Source: an uncultured Lachnospiraceae bacterium (GTDB lineage Bacteria; Bacillota; Clostridia; TANB77; CAG-508). From it: DNA of 37,563 nt. Position numbers and translations under genes: made by a program. Shown piece after piece: positions 1-9,973 of the stretch. Under the pieces are notes generated by a model, which was not told where the DNA came from, searched no databases, and saw only the letters and a program-made list of their open reading frames with translations. The DNA is taken from NCBI GenBank assembly GCA_964563525.1, contig CAZLWI010000002.1, forward strand, positions 1-37,563, given 5' to 3'. Each line of letters begins with the position of its first letter. Position 1 is the stretch's first letter.

Positions 1-1
1 A

Positions 2-229
2 CATACTCCATTCTTTAATGGATATAGACCACAATTCTATTTTAGAACAACAGATGTTACAGGTGTTATTGAATTACCAGCAGGAACAGAAATGGTTATG
101 CCTGGAGATAATGTAACAATGGATATTGATTTAATTACACCAATCGCTATAGAAGAAGGATTAAGATTCGCTATTCGTGAAGGTGGAAGAACAGTTGGTT
201 CAGGAATCGTTACAAAAATTGAAAAATAA
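2..229 (+). CDS. tuf: elongation factor Tu, C-terminal 75 codons (5' end cut by window edge)
   Basis: Translation from nt 2 gives [75 protein letters not shown], the canonical EF-Tu domain III end. TAA is at 227-229. The minus-strand track ORF 37..255 is its antisense shadow. Confidence 0.95.
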   Translation, partial: HTPFFNGYRPQFYFRTTDVTGVIELPAGTEMVMPGDNVTMDIDLITPIAIEEGLRFAIREGGRTVGSGIVTKIEK

Positions 230-253
230 TATTTAAGTATGAATATGAATATC

Positions 254-284
254 AAAGGAGTTTTTTAAACTCCTTTTTTATTTT
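254..284 (+). terminator. rho-independent terminator after tuf
   Basis: AAAGGAGTTT (254-263) pairs with AAACTCCTTT (267-276) around a 3-nt loop and is followed by a T-run. Confidence 0.7.
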
Positions 285-382
285 GTAATAAAATCTGTTT
301 TTTTAAAAGCTATATTAATATATTCGAATATTATTGTTAAAACTTACATCCTATGATAATATTTTAAATATAGAGGTGTATA

Positions 383-1440
383 TGGATATATTTACATATT
401 TAAAGGAAGAAAGAAGAACTTTTTCACAGAAAGGATTTTCAATTTTAGATACTATAGTTTTTTCGAAATTAGTGTATCTTAAATTTGATGATATTATTCC
501 AGAAGAAGGCATAAAGATAAAAGATATTTTTAAAGTTGAATATTATGATAAACTTCTAGACTTACATGTTTTTAAAGAAGAATATACTAAATTATTAACA
601 TTAGTAGTTTTAAGTCCTAGATTTAGAGATATTGAAATGAAATATTTTGTTAAAGATAGTAATTTAAAAGAAGTAAAACAATTTTCAGCAATTACCTTTT
701 GTGTAAAAGATAAGATAGTTATTGCTTATAGGGGCACTGATTCTACGGTTCTTGGTTGGAAAGAAAATTTTAATATGACATATACTTATCCAATACCATC
801 ACAAGAAGAGGCATTAAAATATATAAATGAAATATATAATAAAGAAAAGAAAAAGATGATTGTTTTGGGACATTCTAAAGGTGGTAATTTAGCAGTTTAT
901 TCTGTAATAAATGCAGATAAAGAGATACAAAAGAATATTGTAAAAGTTTATTCATTAGATGGACCAGGATTTCCTGATGAAATCTTTGAAACAAAAATGT
1001 ATAAAAATATCAAAGATAAAATAGTAAAAATTGTTCCACAAGAATCTGTAGTAGGAGTATTTTTAGAAAAAGATAAATATTTAGTTTGTAAAAGCAATGA
1101 AAAAGGATTAATGCAACATGAACCATTCTTTTGGAAAGTTAAAGATAAAGATTTGGTATATCTTAAAAATATTTCACAAGCTTCTATAACATATAGTAAA
1201 GTAATTAGAACATGGATAGAAAGTGCTACAATTGAAGAAAGAGAACTATTTGTTGATACATTATTTAGTTTTGCTGAAACAGATAAAACACCTAATCTTT
1301 ATTCGAAATTTAAAATGCTTCAAGAAACACCTAAGTTTATTCATAGATATAATAAATTAGAACCTGATAGAAAAGAATTAATGTCTAAAGTGTTTAAAAA
1401 TTTAATACATATTATTATTGGTAGAGAATATATAAAATAA
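383..1440 (+). CDS. DUF2974 / Mbeg1-like alpha/beta-hydrolase (lipase-like)
   Basis: The track ORF is 334..1440. I prefer ATG 383 because it has a GAGGTG RBS just upstream. YRGTDSTVLGWKENF plus the nucleophile elbow GHSKGG are typical of the DUF2974 family. Confidence 0.65.
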
Positions 1441-1610
1441 AATTTAAAGATAATTGTTTTAAATTAATATTAATTTGTATTATAATTTTGAAATTAATTG
1501 AAAAAAGTATAAAAAAATTGAAGGTGTAATGATTTATGCCTTTTTCTTTTATTGAAAAAGCATATTAATTAATATATACTTTTATATACATAGAGAAAAT
1601 TGGAGGAAAC

Positions 1611-3491
1611 ATGAAATATTTTAATGATGTAATATTAGGTAATGATGAAATTGTTATGACTTTAAATAAGAAGGGTAAACTTTTAAGATTGTTTTATCCA
1701 ACACCTGATTTTAGACAATTTTTTAGTGATGTTAGTGTTCTTTTTCAAATAAATGATCAGGAACTATTTGATATTAATGATGATTATACAAGTGAATATA
1801 ATCAATATTTTATAGAGAATACAAATATTGTTAAAACAGAGATAATTAATCATAAATATAATATTAAAGTAATACAAACAGATTTTTGTATGATTGATGA
1901 ACCTGTATCAGTTAGAAGATATAATTTTGAAAACTTATCAGATAGTTCAATTAAAATTAGGGCGATTTTGCATTCAGATGCAATGACTAATCCAAATGTA
2001 GATACAAGCGGATATTTTAAAAATGATGCTTTAATTCAATATAATTATGTTGCAGCAGCTTCATTTTTTTCTAATTACCCAATAGAGAAGTATAAAGTAA
2101 ATAACAAAAATAAAGATTTTTCAATTGATTTTGAAAATAAAGAATATATAGGATTATCTTCTGCATCAACAATGTTTTTAAAACCAATTGAGCTAAAAGG
2201 TGGGGAAAAACAAGAAATAGATATTTACCTATATCTTAACGATACTGCTAAAATTGGTGTTTTAAATGATTTAGACAACGAAATAAATAGAATAAGAAAA
2301 ATTAATATTGAAGATAAAGAAATTGAAGCAAAAAAACATTGGAATAAGTTTGTAAAAAAACATACTAAACATGATTTAAAAAGATTACCAGAAAAAGCTA
2401 GAGAAATATATACAAGATCTATACTATTAATGGATTTATTAACTAATAAAGAGACAGGAGGTGTTTCTGTTGCAGTAGAAGTAGATGAAGAAAAAGAAAA
2501 ATCAGGTCGTTATTCTTTTTGTTGGCCTAGAGATGCTTTTTATGTTATGGTGGCTTTTGGAATATTAGGTATGCATGATAAAGTTGAAAAATACTATGAA
2601 AAGTTTTGTAGTATAACCCAAAGTAAATCAGGTAGATGGGAACAAAGATTCTATACTGATGGTAAACTAGCACCATGTTGGGGATATCAAATTGATGAAA
2701 CAGCTATAATAATAATTGGAATATACAAACATTATTTAATAAGTCAAAAAAAATCTTTTCTTAAAAGTAATTTAAGAATGGTAGAAAATGCATACTCATA
2801 TATTGATAAATATACAGATAAAATTCTAGCTGGAGAGAAAACAGATACTTTTGATTTATGGGAAACATATCAAGGTGAAACCGTTTTTGGAGTAGCTTCA
2901 GTATATGCAGCACTAGAATCAATGTCAGGAATATACAATGTTGTATATAAAGATTATTCGAGTAATAGATTAAAACAAGAACAAATAAGAAAAAAACAAG
3001 AAAAGATAAATCTTAATTTAAGAAAATTAAAAAAATATATAATAGATAATTTCTATAGTGAAGAAAGAAAATCTTTCATAAGAGCTAAAGATGATCCTAG
3101 AATTGATATTTCTGCAATTTCATTAGTTCCATTATTTAATATCTTTACACCAGAAGATAAAAAAATAATACAAACAATGGAAACAATGGATTTAGTTTTA
3201 AGAACATATACAGGTGGATATATTAGATTCGAAAACGATACATATATGGGTGGATATAATCCTTGGTCAATAGCAAATTTATGGCTTGTTTGTTACTTTT
3301 TAGAATTAGGTGAATATGAGAAAGCATTAGAAAATTTTAACTTTGTTGTGAATACAGCATCAGATTTTGGTTTTATACCAGAACAAATTGATAATGAAAC
3401 ATTGTCACCTAAATGGGTTATAGGATTAACTTGGGCACATGGTATGTTTATAGTATTAGTACATAAGATGATGGAAAAAGGAATAATTTAA
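1611..3491 (+). CDS. glycoside hydrolase family 15 (glucoamylase/glucodextranase-like)
   Basis: There is a GGAGG RBS about 8 nt upstream. The motifs CWPRDAFYV, FDLWETYQGE and IPEQID...LTWAHGMF match the GH15 (alpha/alpha)6 catalytic domain. Confidence 0.75.
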   Translation: MKYFNDVILGNDEIVMTLNKKGKLLRLFYPTPDFRQFFSDVSVLFQINDQELFDINDDYTSEYNQYFIENTNIVKTEIINHKYNIKVIQTDFCMIDEPVSVRRYNFENLSDSSIKIRAILHSDAMTNPNVDTSGYFKNDALIQYNYVAAASFFSNYPIEKYKVNNKNKDFSIDFENKEYIGLSSASTMFLKPIELKGGEKQEIDIYLYLNDTAKIGVLNDLDNEINRIRKINIEDKEIEAKKHWNKFVKKHTKHDLKRLPEKAREIYTRSILLMDLLTNKETGGVSVAVEVDEEKEKSGRYSFCWPRDAFYVMVAFGILGMHDKVEKYYEKFCSITQSKSGRWEQRFYTDGKLAPCWGYQIDETAIIIIGIYKHYLISQKKSFLKSNLRMVENAYSYIDKYTDKILAGEKTDTFDLWETYQGETVFGVASVYAALESMSGIYNVVYKDYSSNRLKQEQIRKKQEKINLNLRKLKKYIIDNFYSEERKSFIRAKDDPRIDISAISLVPLFNIFTPEDKKIIQTMETMDLVLRTYTGGYIRFENDTYMGGYNPWSIANLWLVCYFLELGEYEKALENFNFVVNTASDFGFIPEQIDNETLSPKWVIGLTWAHGMFIVLVHKMMEKGII

Positions 3492-3501
3492 AAGGAAAAA
3501 A

Positions 3502-3762
3502 ATGGCAAAACAAAAAACAATTTGGGTATGCTCTCATTGTGGTCATGAATCATCTGGTTGGCTTGGTAAATGTCCTTCATGTAGTTCATGGAATACATTT
3601 TATGAAGAAAAAGATGTTGATAAAAAAGGTGTAGCACTCAAAAAAACAGATACAAAAGATATAGAATATATTAAATTAAAAGATGCAAGTAATGCAAATC
3701 ATACAAGACTTAAAACAGGTTTTGAAGAATTAGATCGAGTTCTTCGGTGGAGGATTTGTTGA
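3502..3762 (+). CDS. radA: DNA repair protein RadA/Sms, N-terminal fragment (zinc ribbon), truncated by a frame break at about 3745
   Basis: CSHCGHESSGWLGKCPSCSSWNTF is the RadA C4 zinc finger. The ORF ends ...ELDRVLRWRIC*, whereas RadA normally reads ELDRVLGGG at this point. Confidence 0.85.
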   Translation: MAKQKTIWVCSHCGHESSGWLGKCPSCSSWNTFYEEKDVDKKGVALKKTDTKDIEYIKLKDASNANHTRLKTGFEELDRVLRWRIC

Positions 3763-4864
3763 AGGTTCATTAATGTTATTAGGTGGTGAGCCAGGTATTG
3801 GAAAATCAACTTTAATACTTCAAATTTGTGATAAATTTCCTAAAGAAGAAAATATACTTTATGTTTCAGGTGAAGAATCAGCTGAACAAATAAAATCTAG
3901 AGCAGATCGTTTAAAAGTTCAAAAAGATAATATTATATTATTAGGTGAAACAGATATTGATAATATTGAAATAGCTATTGAGAAGCAAAAACCAACACTT
4001 GTTGTTTTAGATTCAATTCAAACTATCTATTCAAATGAGATAACATCAGCACCCGGATCTGTATCACAGGTTAGAGAAATAACTTCCAGAATAATGAGAA
4101 TATGTAAAAGTAGAAAAATAACTACTATACTAATTGGACATGTAACTAAAGATGGAAGTATTGCAGGACCTAGAGTTTTAGAACATATGGTAGATACAGT
4201 ATTGTATTTAGAAGGTGAAAGATATTTTTCATATAGAATACTTAGAACAGTTAAAAATAGATTCGGTTCAACAAATGAAATAGGTATGTTTGAAATGCAA
4301 GAAAAAGGATTAATAGAAGTAAAAAACCCTTCTATGATATTAGTTCAAGATAGGTCTGAAGGAACAATTGGTACAATTATTGTACCATCTTTAGAAGGAA
4401 CTAGAAGTATATTAATTGAGATTCAAGCATTAACTACTAGAACATTGTTTGGAATGCCTAAAAGAACAGCAAATGGGATAGACTATAATAGATTAAATTT
4501 ACTTATTGCAGTTTTAGAAAAATATACAGGCATGGCATTATCATCTCAAGATGTATATTTAAATATTGTAGGTGGAATAAAAATAAATGAACCTGCAATA
4601 GATTTAGGAATAATAGTAGCAATTGCATCATCTTTTAAAAACTTTTCAATACCAGTGGATACAATGGTGATAGGAGAAGTGGGTTTAACAGGAGAACTTA
4701 GAAATGTTAATATGATTGAAAAAAGATTAAAAGAAGCAGAGAAAATGGGTTGTAAAAAAGCAATAATTCCTATTTCAAATGTTAATAAAATTAAAGATAA
4801 GTTTAAAATGGAAATTAAAGGTGTAAAGAACATTTATCAAGCTATTAAAGAAATAGGTATGTAA
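3746..4864 (+). CDS. radA: DNA repair protein RadA/Sms, C-terminal fragment (RecA-like ATPase plus Lon-like domain)
   Basis: The +1 frame from 3746 reads [23 protein letters not shown] (Walker A), followed by [15 protein letters not shown] and a Lon-protease-like C-terminus. The track ORF starts at an internal Met at 3773. Removing one nt (C3745) fuses both parts into a 453-aa RadA. Confidence 0.9.
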   Translation, partial: [372 protein letters not shown]

Positions 4865-5087
4865 GATTTAATAAAATACAAATAAGTATATAAACTATTA
4901 CTATAACAAAATATTTCATTTGTATTAAAAATTTTGCATATAGTGTATAGATTAGAAATTTTAAATTACTTATGATACAATAAATTTACAAAATGTATCT
5001 AAAATTAATGGATATAGAGAAAAAAATAAGGACCTTATAAGAACATACAATATAAATTGTAGTTATTTAAGTATGATGGGGGTATAT

Positions 5088-5309
5088 ATGGAAATTAATA
5101 GATGTGCAAGATGTGGTGGATTTCATGTAATGGAAGAACAAATTTGTGCGAGATGTTTAAATAAAGAAATGGAAGAAGTTAGATTAGTTGAAGAACAGTT
5201 TACTGGTTTAGATAAAGTTGATTATAGTAATATTGCTGAAGCTTCTAAAAATACTAATATAAGTGGAGAAAGAATAGAAAGATATCTAGAGACTTATCTT
5301 AAGATGTGA
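5088..5309 (+). CDS. small zinc-ribbon protein (two CxxC pairs), YvyF-like layout
   Basis: ATG 5088 is preceded by GGGGGT. MEINRCARCGG...ICARCLNKE is followed by a helical tail, and the stop is TGA. Function is unknown. Confidence 0.5.
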   Translation: MEINRCARCGGFHVMEEQICARCLNKEMEEVRLVEEQFTGLDKVDYSNIAEASKNTNISGERIERYLETYLKM

Positions 5310-5366
5310 AAATATAAACAAAAGAATAAATAAAAAAACAGAAAAATAAAAACAATTGAGGTTGTA

Positions 5367-6578
5367 ATGAATATAATTGATGAATTAAGACAAAGAGGAT
5401 ATATAGAACAGGTTATGTTTGAAGACTCTTTGAAAGAAATATTAGATAAAGAAAAAATAACATTTTATTTAGGAATAGATCCAACTGCAGATAGCTTACA
5501 TATAGGACATTTTATACCTTTAATGGTAATATCATATTTACAAAAAGCAGGACATAAACCAATAATATTAGTTGGTGGTGGAACAGCAATGATTGGTGAT
5601 CCATCTGATAGAAATGATATGAGACAAATGATGACTAAAGAAGGATTAGATAAAAATGTTGCAAGTATAAAAAAGCAAATTGAAAGATTTATTACATTTG
5701 AAGGAGAAAATGCTGCAATTTTAGTAGATAATGCTGACTGGTTAACTAAACTTAATTTGCTAGAATATATGAGAGATATTGCGATACATTTCAATGTTAA
5801 TAAAATGCTTTCAGCAGACTGTTATAAAACAAGATTAAAGTCAGGATTAACTTTTTTTGAAATGTCGTATATGACATTACAGGCATATGATTTTAAGTAT
5901 TTGAATGAAAAATACAATTGTAGACTACAAATTGGTGGAAATGATCAATGGTCAAATATAATTGCAGGAGTAAGTCTATTAAGAAAAATTGAACAATCAG
6001 ATGCATATGCAATAGGGATAAAATTACTAGTAAAAGCAGATGGCACTAAAATGGGAAAAACTATGGGTGGTGCATTGTGGTTAGATAAAGAGAAATTATC
6101 TCCATATGAATTTTATCAATATTTTGTAAATTGTGATGATGCAGATATAGAGAACTTATTAAAACTTTTAACATTTTTACCATTAGAAAAAATAGAAGAA
6201 TTAGTTTCAATTAAAGGTGAAGCATTAAATGAAACTAAAAAGGTTTTAGCGTTTGAAATTACTAAAATAATTCACGGTGAACAAGAGGCAGAAAAAGCTA
6301 GAGAAGCTTCAGAATCATTATTTGGTGAAGGGATGTTTTTAGAGGGAATGCCTGAAATAGACGGGAATATAGGTGATGATCTAATAGATTTGTCTATTAA
6401 AGCAGGTTTTGGAGAGTCAAGAGGACAAATCAAAAAACTTATAATTCAAGATGGTTTAAGTTTAAATGACAAGATAATAAAAGATATAAATTATACTTTA
6501 AAAGAAGAAGATTTTAAAGATAATATAGCAATAATAAAAAAAGGAAAAAAACTTTACTGTAAAATAGTAAAGAAATAA
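5367..6578 (+). CDS. tyrS: tyrosine--tRNA ligase
   Basis: Both class I signatures are present: HIGH (LHIGHFIPL) and KMSKS (KMGKTMGG). The Tyr-specific GGNDQW motif and a C-terminal S4-like domain are also present. Confidence 0.93.
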   Translation: MNIIDELRQRGYIEQVMFEDSLKEILDKEKITFYLGIDPTADSLHIGHFIPLMVISYLQKAGHKPIILVGGGTAMIGDPSDRNDMRQMMTKEGLDKNVASIKKQIERFITFEGENAAILVDNADWLTKLNLLEYMRDIAIHFNVNKMLSADCYKTRLKSGLTFFEMSYMTLQAYDFKYLNEKYNCRLQIGGNDQWSNIIAGVSLLRKIEQSDAYAIGIKLLVKADGTKMGKTMGGALWLDKEKLSPYEFYQYFVNCDDADIENLLKLLTFLPLEKIEELVSIKGEALNETKKVLAFEITKIIHGEQEAEKAREASESLFGEGMFLEGMPEIDGNIGDDLIDLSIKAGFGESRGQIKKLIIQDGLSLNDKIIKDINYTLKEEDFKDNIAIIKKGKKLYCKIVKK

Positions 6579-6605
6579 ATATACAAAAGAAAGGATGCGA
6601 TTTTA

Positions 6606-8924
6606 TTGAAGAAAAGAATAACAATTGTATTGACATTAACTATTTTAATATCTGTAGCAATATTACCATTATTAAACTATTCATATGCTATAGAAAATTT
6701 AAAAATAGGTGAAGTAACGACAAATACATCAAGAGTTGATAAGACAAAATATCCAGGAATAGTAGAAAGGGTAGAAGCCTTAAAGAAATTATATCCAAAT
6801 TGGCAATTTGAATTTTATAAAACTGGTATTAATTGGAATGATTTTGTTACAGCACAATATGATCCAAGTAGAATATCTTCACCTAGAAATTTAGTATCTA
6901 TGTCATATAAAGGTGAATGGATATGTGATTATAGAGGTACAAAGAAATATGATAATGGATCTTGGTATGCAGCTTCTTATCATGCTATTGAATATACAGC
7001 AGATCCAAGAACATATTTAAATGAATTCGATATATTTTCTTTAAAAAGAGTTAATAATAAATCAAATGATTTGTCTAAAGATTTATCAATAAAGATAATT
7101 GAAGATGCATTAAGAGGTAGATCATATTTAAAATATAAAGAAGATATATATAATGTATCGAAAGAAGAAAATTTTGACTTTGTTGATGTTTTAGCAAGAT
7201 TAATTCAAGAGCAAGGAAATGGAACAGTTTTATCAGATGGAAGCAAAGGAACAGATGGAAAGATATATTATAATCCTTTTAATATTGCTGCAACAGGAGG
7301 TAGTTCATCAGTTATTATAGCTAATGCTACTAAGCATGCTCAAACTAAGGGTTGGGATACTTTTGCAAAAGGACTAAAAGGTGGGATACAATTATTAAAA
7401 TCAAATTATGAGAAACAGAATACTTCATATTTTGAAAAGTTTAATTCAACAACTGGAAAAATAGCAGATATATGGAATCAATATATGCAAAATATTACAG
7501 CACCATTTTCAGAAGGCTCTTTCAAAAAATCATTGTATGCAAAAGTAGATCCTAATTTGAAAAAATCTTCATATACATTTGTTATTCCTTTATATGAGAA
7601 TATGCAGTTAGCTGCAACTCGAGTACCAAATCATAATACAACTACACCAAATGCAAGCATGCAACCACAAATAGAACCAAAATTACCAGCAAAGGCTATG
7701 GTCTCTGATTCTGATGGTTTATGTTTAAGGAAAGAAGCTAATTCTTCTTCAGCTTTAATAGAAGTATGTAAAGCTGGAACAAATATAAGTGTACTTTCAA
7801 AATCTTCTAATTATTGGTATAGAGTTAAAGTTTTAAGTAGTGGAAAAATAGGATATATGGCTAGAAGAGTTGGTAGAGATCCAGATTATTTTGCATTTAT
7901 ACCTGAACCAACAATGAAGGGTGTAACTAAAGAATATAGACTAGATATTAATCAAGATAATCCGACATTACCTAGAAGGGCAGAATTAGTTGATGATGTT
8001 TATGTGAGAACAGGTCCTTCTTTATCAAGTTCAAGAATAGAATTATTATCTTCAAGAACAATAATAAATGTTATAAAAAAGGAAAAAGATGCTAATGGTT
8101 ATGTTTGGTATAAAATAGAATACCAACTGAATTCATTAGATAAATTTAATAAAACTGGATATATGGCTAGAAATGAAGTTAATTCTAAAGACTATTACTA
8201 TGTTTTCTATGAATATATTGATTTAGAGAAACCAACAAATATTGAAACACCAGTACCACCAGTCACTCCAGAAACACCTGTGCCTCCAACACCTAAACCA
8301 CCAGTTGAGCTAGAAAAAGTATTAACTAATCAAAAGAATCCTAAATTACCTGTTTATGCAATTACAAATGTAGCTATAAAGGTTAGGGGAACCAAAGGTT
8401 CTACAAGTTCGAAAGTATTAAGAGTTTTACCTGCAGGAACAAGAATTAAAGTTAAAAGTAAAACTACAACAAGAGATGGTTATGAGTGGTATTTGGTTTA
8501 TTATAATAGAAAAGGAAATATTTATAATAATGGTGGATATATAGCTAGAAATAAAGTAGGATCAACAAACTATTATTTTAAATTTACTGAAGGAGCAGAT
8601 TGGTCCAAGTGTAAATATATTCAATCTTTGAAAACAACAACACCAGTAAAAAAGCCTACTACTCCAGTAGTTTCTGCATATCCAAGAAGAGCAACAACAA
8701 CTACAGCTTTAAATGTAAGAAGGGCTAAAGGTTCGGTTTATGCTTCAAGAATAACAACATTACCTAAAGGTGCAACAATTAGTGTAAGAGCTAGAGCGAC
8801 AGATAGAGATGGTTATACATGGTATATAATATATTATAATTTAGTAAATGGTAAATTCCAGAATAGTGGATATGTATCAAGAAATGCTATAAGATCAACA
8901 AATTATTATTTTAGATATATTTAA
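6606..8924 (+). CDS. secreted cell-wall hydrolase-like protein (GH73-like glucosaminidase region) with four SH3b-type repeats
   Basis: The start is TTG after an AAAGGA RBS, followed by an N-terminal signal peptide. LIQEQGNG...YYNPFNIAATGG resembles the glucosaminidase active-site region. Pro-rich linkers such as PVPPVTPETPVPPTPKPPV are present. Four modules of about 70 aa each end in GY(M/I/V)(A/S)RN. Confidence 0.55.
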   Translation: MKKRITIVLTLTILISVAILPLLNYSYAIENLKIGEVTTNTSRVDKTKYPGIVERVEALKKLYPNWQFEFYKTGINWNDFVTAQYDPSRISSPRNLVSMSYKGEWICDYRGTKKYDNGSWYAASYHAIEYTADPRTYLNEFDIFSLKRVNNKSNDLSKDLSIKIIEDALRGRSYLKYKEDIYNVSKEENFDFVDVLARLIQEQGNGTVLSDGSKGTDGKIYYNPFNIAATGGSSSVIIANATKHAQTKGWDTFAKGLKGGIQLLKSNYEKQNTSYFEKFNSTTGKIADIWNQYMQNITAPFSEGSFKKSLYAKVDPNLKKSSYTFVIPLYENMQLAATRVPNHNTTTPNASMQPQIEPKLPAKAMVSDSDGLCLRKEANSSSALIEVCKAGTNISVLSKSSNYWYRVKVLSSGKIGYMARRVGRDPDYFAFIPEPTMKGVTKEYRLDINQDNPTLPRRAELVDDVYVRTGPSLSSSRIELLSSRTIINVIKKEKDANGYVWYKIEYQLNSLDKFNKTGYMARNEVNSKDYYYVFYEYIDLEKPTNIETPVPPVTPETPVPPTPKPPVELEKVLTNQKNPKLPVYAITNVAIKVRGTKGSTSSKVLRVLPAGTRIKVKSKTTTRDGYEWYLVYYNRKGNIYNNGGYIARNKVGSTNYYFKFTEGADWSKCKYIQSLKTTTPVKKPTTPVVSAYPRRATTTTALNVRRAKGSVYASRITTLPKGATISVRARATDRDGYTWYIIYYNLVNGKFQNSGYVSRNAIRSTNYYFRYI

Positions 8925-9040
8925 TATATAAAATACAAGGAAACAAGATAATACAAACAAATATAAAATAATAAAAAACAAAAGAACAATAATAATCAAT
9001 AAGAATATAAAAAACAAAATAATGTTACTAAGAGGAATAA

Positions 9041-9961
9041 ATGAGTTTTTTTAACAAATTAAAAAATAGCTTAAATAAAACAAAAGAAAATATTGATTCT
9101 GGATTTAATAAGGTTTTTGCTAATTTTAGATCAGTTGATGAAGATTTAATAGATGAATTAGAAGAAGTATTAATACTATCAGATGTAGGTATGGATGCTG
9201 TTTTAGAAATAACTGATAGATTAAGAAAAAATATTAAAATTAAGAATATTAAAGAAGTAGAAGCAGTTAAAAAGGAAATAAAAGAAATAATAATAAGAAT
9301 ATTAGAAGAAAATACTATTCAAGAAGAAGATGTATCAGTTTTTAAAATAATTCTTGTTATTGGGGTAAATGGTGTAGGTAAAACTACTTCTATTGGAAAG
9401 ATTGCAAATCTTTACAAACAACAAGGTCAAAAAGTATTAGTAGCAGCAGGAGACACATATAGAGCAGCAGCTGTTGAACAATTAGAAGAATGGGTAAAAA
9501 AATCAGGTTCTGATATTATAAAAGGTAATCCAAATGAAGATCCAGCATCTGTTATCTATAATACAATACAAAAAGCTGTGCAGGATAATTATGATGTAGT
9601 TATATGTGATACAGCAGGTAGAGTACATAACAAAACTAATCTAATGGAAGAATTAGCTAAAATTAATAGAAGTATTGATAAAGCAATTATAAAATCAAAT
9701 AAAAAATTTTCTAAAGAAACACTTTTAGTAATAGATGGTACAGTTGGACAAAATGCAATTAATCAAACTAAAGCTTTTATGGAAGTAACTAATATAACAT
9801 CACTAGTAGTAACTAAACTAGATGGTACAGCTAAAGGTGGTGCAGTTATTGGAATAACACAGGAAACAAAGATTCCGATAAAGTATATTGGTGTAGGTGA
9901 AAAATTAGATGATTTAGAAAGATTTAATTCTAAAGATTTTGTTAATGCAATTATAGATTAA
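9041..9961 (+). CDS. ftsY: signal recognition particle receptor FtsY
   Basis: The SRP-GTPase NG domain is recognisable from GVNGVGKTTSIGKIA (G1), DTAGR (G3) and TKLDGTAKGG (G4). Confidence 0.92.
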   Translation: MSFFNKLKNSLNKTKENIDSGFNKVFANFRSVDEDLIDELEEVLILSDVGMDAVLEITDRLRKNIKIKNIKEVEAVKKEIKEIIIRILEENTIQEEDVSVFKIILVIGVNGVGKTTSIGKIANLYKQQGQKVLVAAGDTYRAAAVEQLEEWVKKSGSDIIKGNPNEDPASVIYNTIQKAVQDNYDVVICDTAGRVHNKTNLMEELAKINRSIDKAIIKSNKKFSKETLLVIDGTVGQNAINQTKAFMEVTNITSLVVTKLDGTAKGGAVIGITQETKIPIKYIGVGEKLDDLERFNSKDFVNAIID

Positions 9962-9973
9962 TGGGGGTTTTAG

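Noticed and set aside
1529-1568. Possible leader peptides upstream of the GH15 gene: MIYAFFFY* at 1529-1555 and MPFSFIEKAY* at 1536-1568, after an AAGGTG RBS.
   Set aside because: They are too short, they overlap each other, and no attenuator structure is associated with them. Such ORFs arise by chance in AT-rich spacers.
4875-4926. AT-rich inverted repeat AATACAAAT...ATTTGTATT after radA, with a similar TAATACAAAT/ATTTGTATTA hairpin at 28633-28659, considered as a possible dispersed repeat element or as terminators.
   Set aside because: The stems are purely A/T. The first has a loop of about 34 nt. A 9-12-mer match of this composition is expected by chance many times in 37 kb of AT-rich DNA.
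4865-5366. T-box riboswitch upstream of tyrS.
   Set aside because: I looked for it because it is common in Bacillota. No conserved T-box or antiterminator sequence or GC-containing stems are visible, so I did not annotate it as a feature. I kept it only as a low-interest note.
8925-9040. Strikingly A-rich, T-poor and G-poor spacer before ftsY, with a similar one at 5310-5366 before tyrS.
   Set aside because: This is probably just an unstructured A-rich 5' UTR that favours translation initiation in a low-GC organism. It shows no repeat, ORF or secondary structure.
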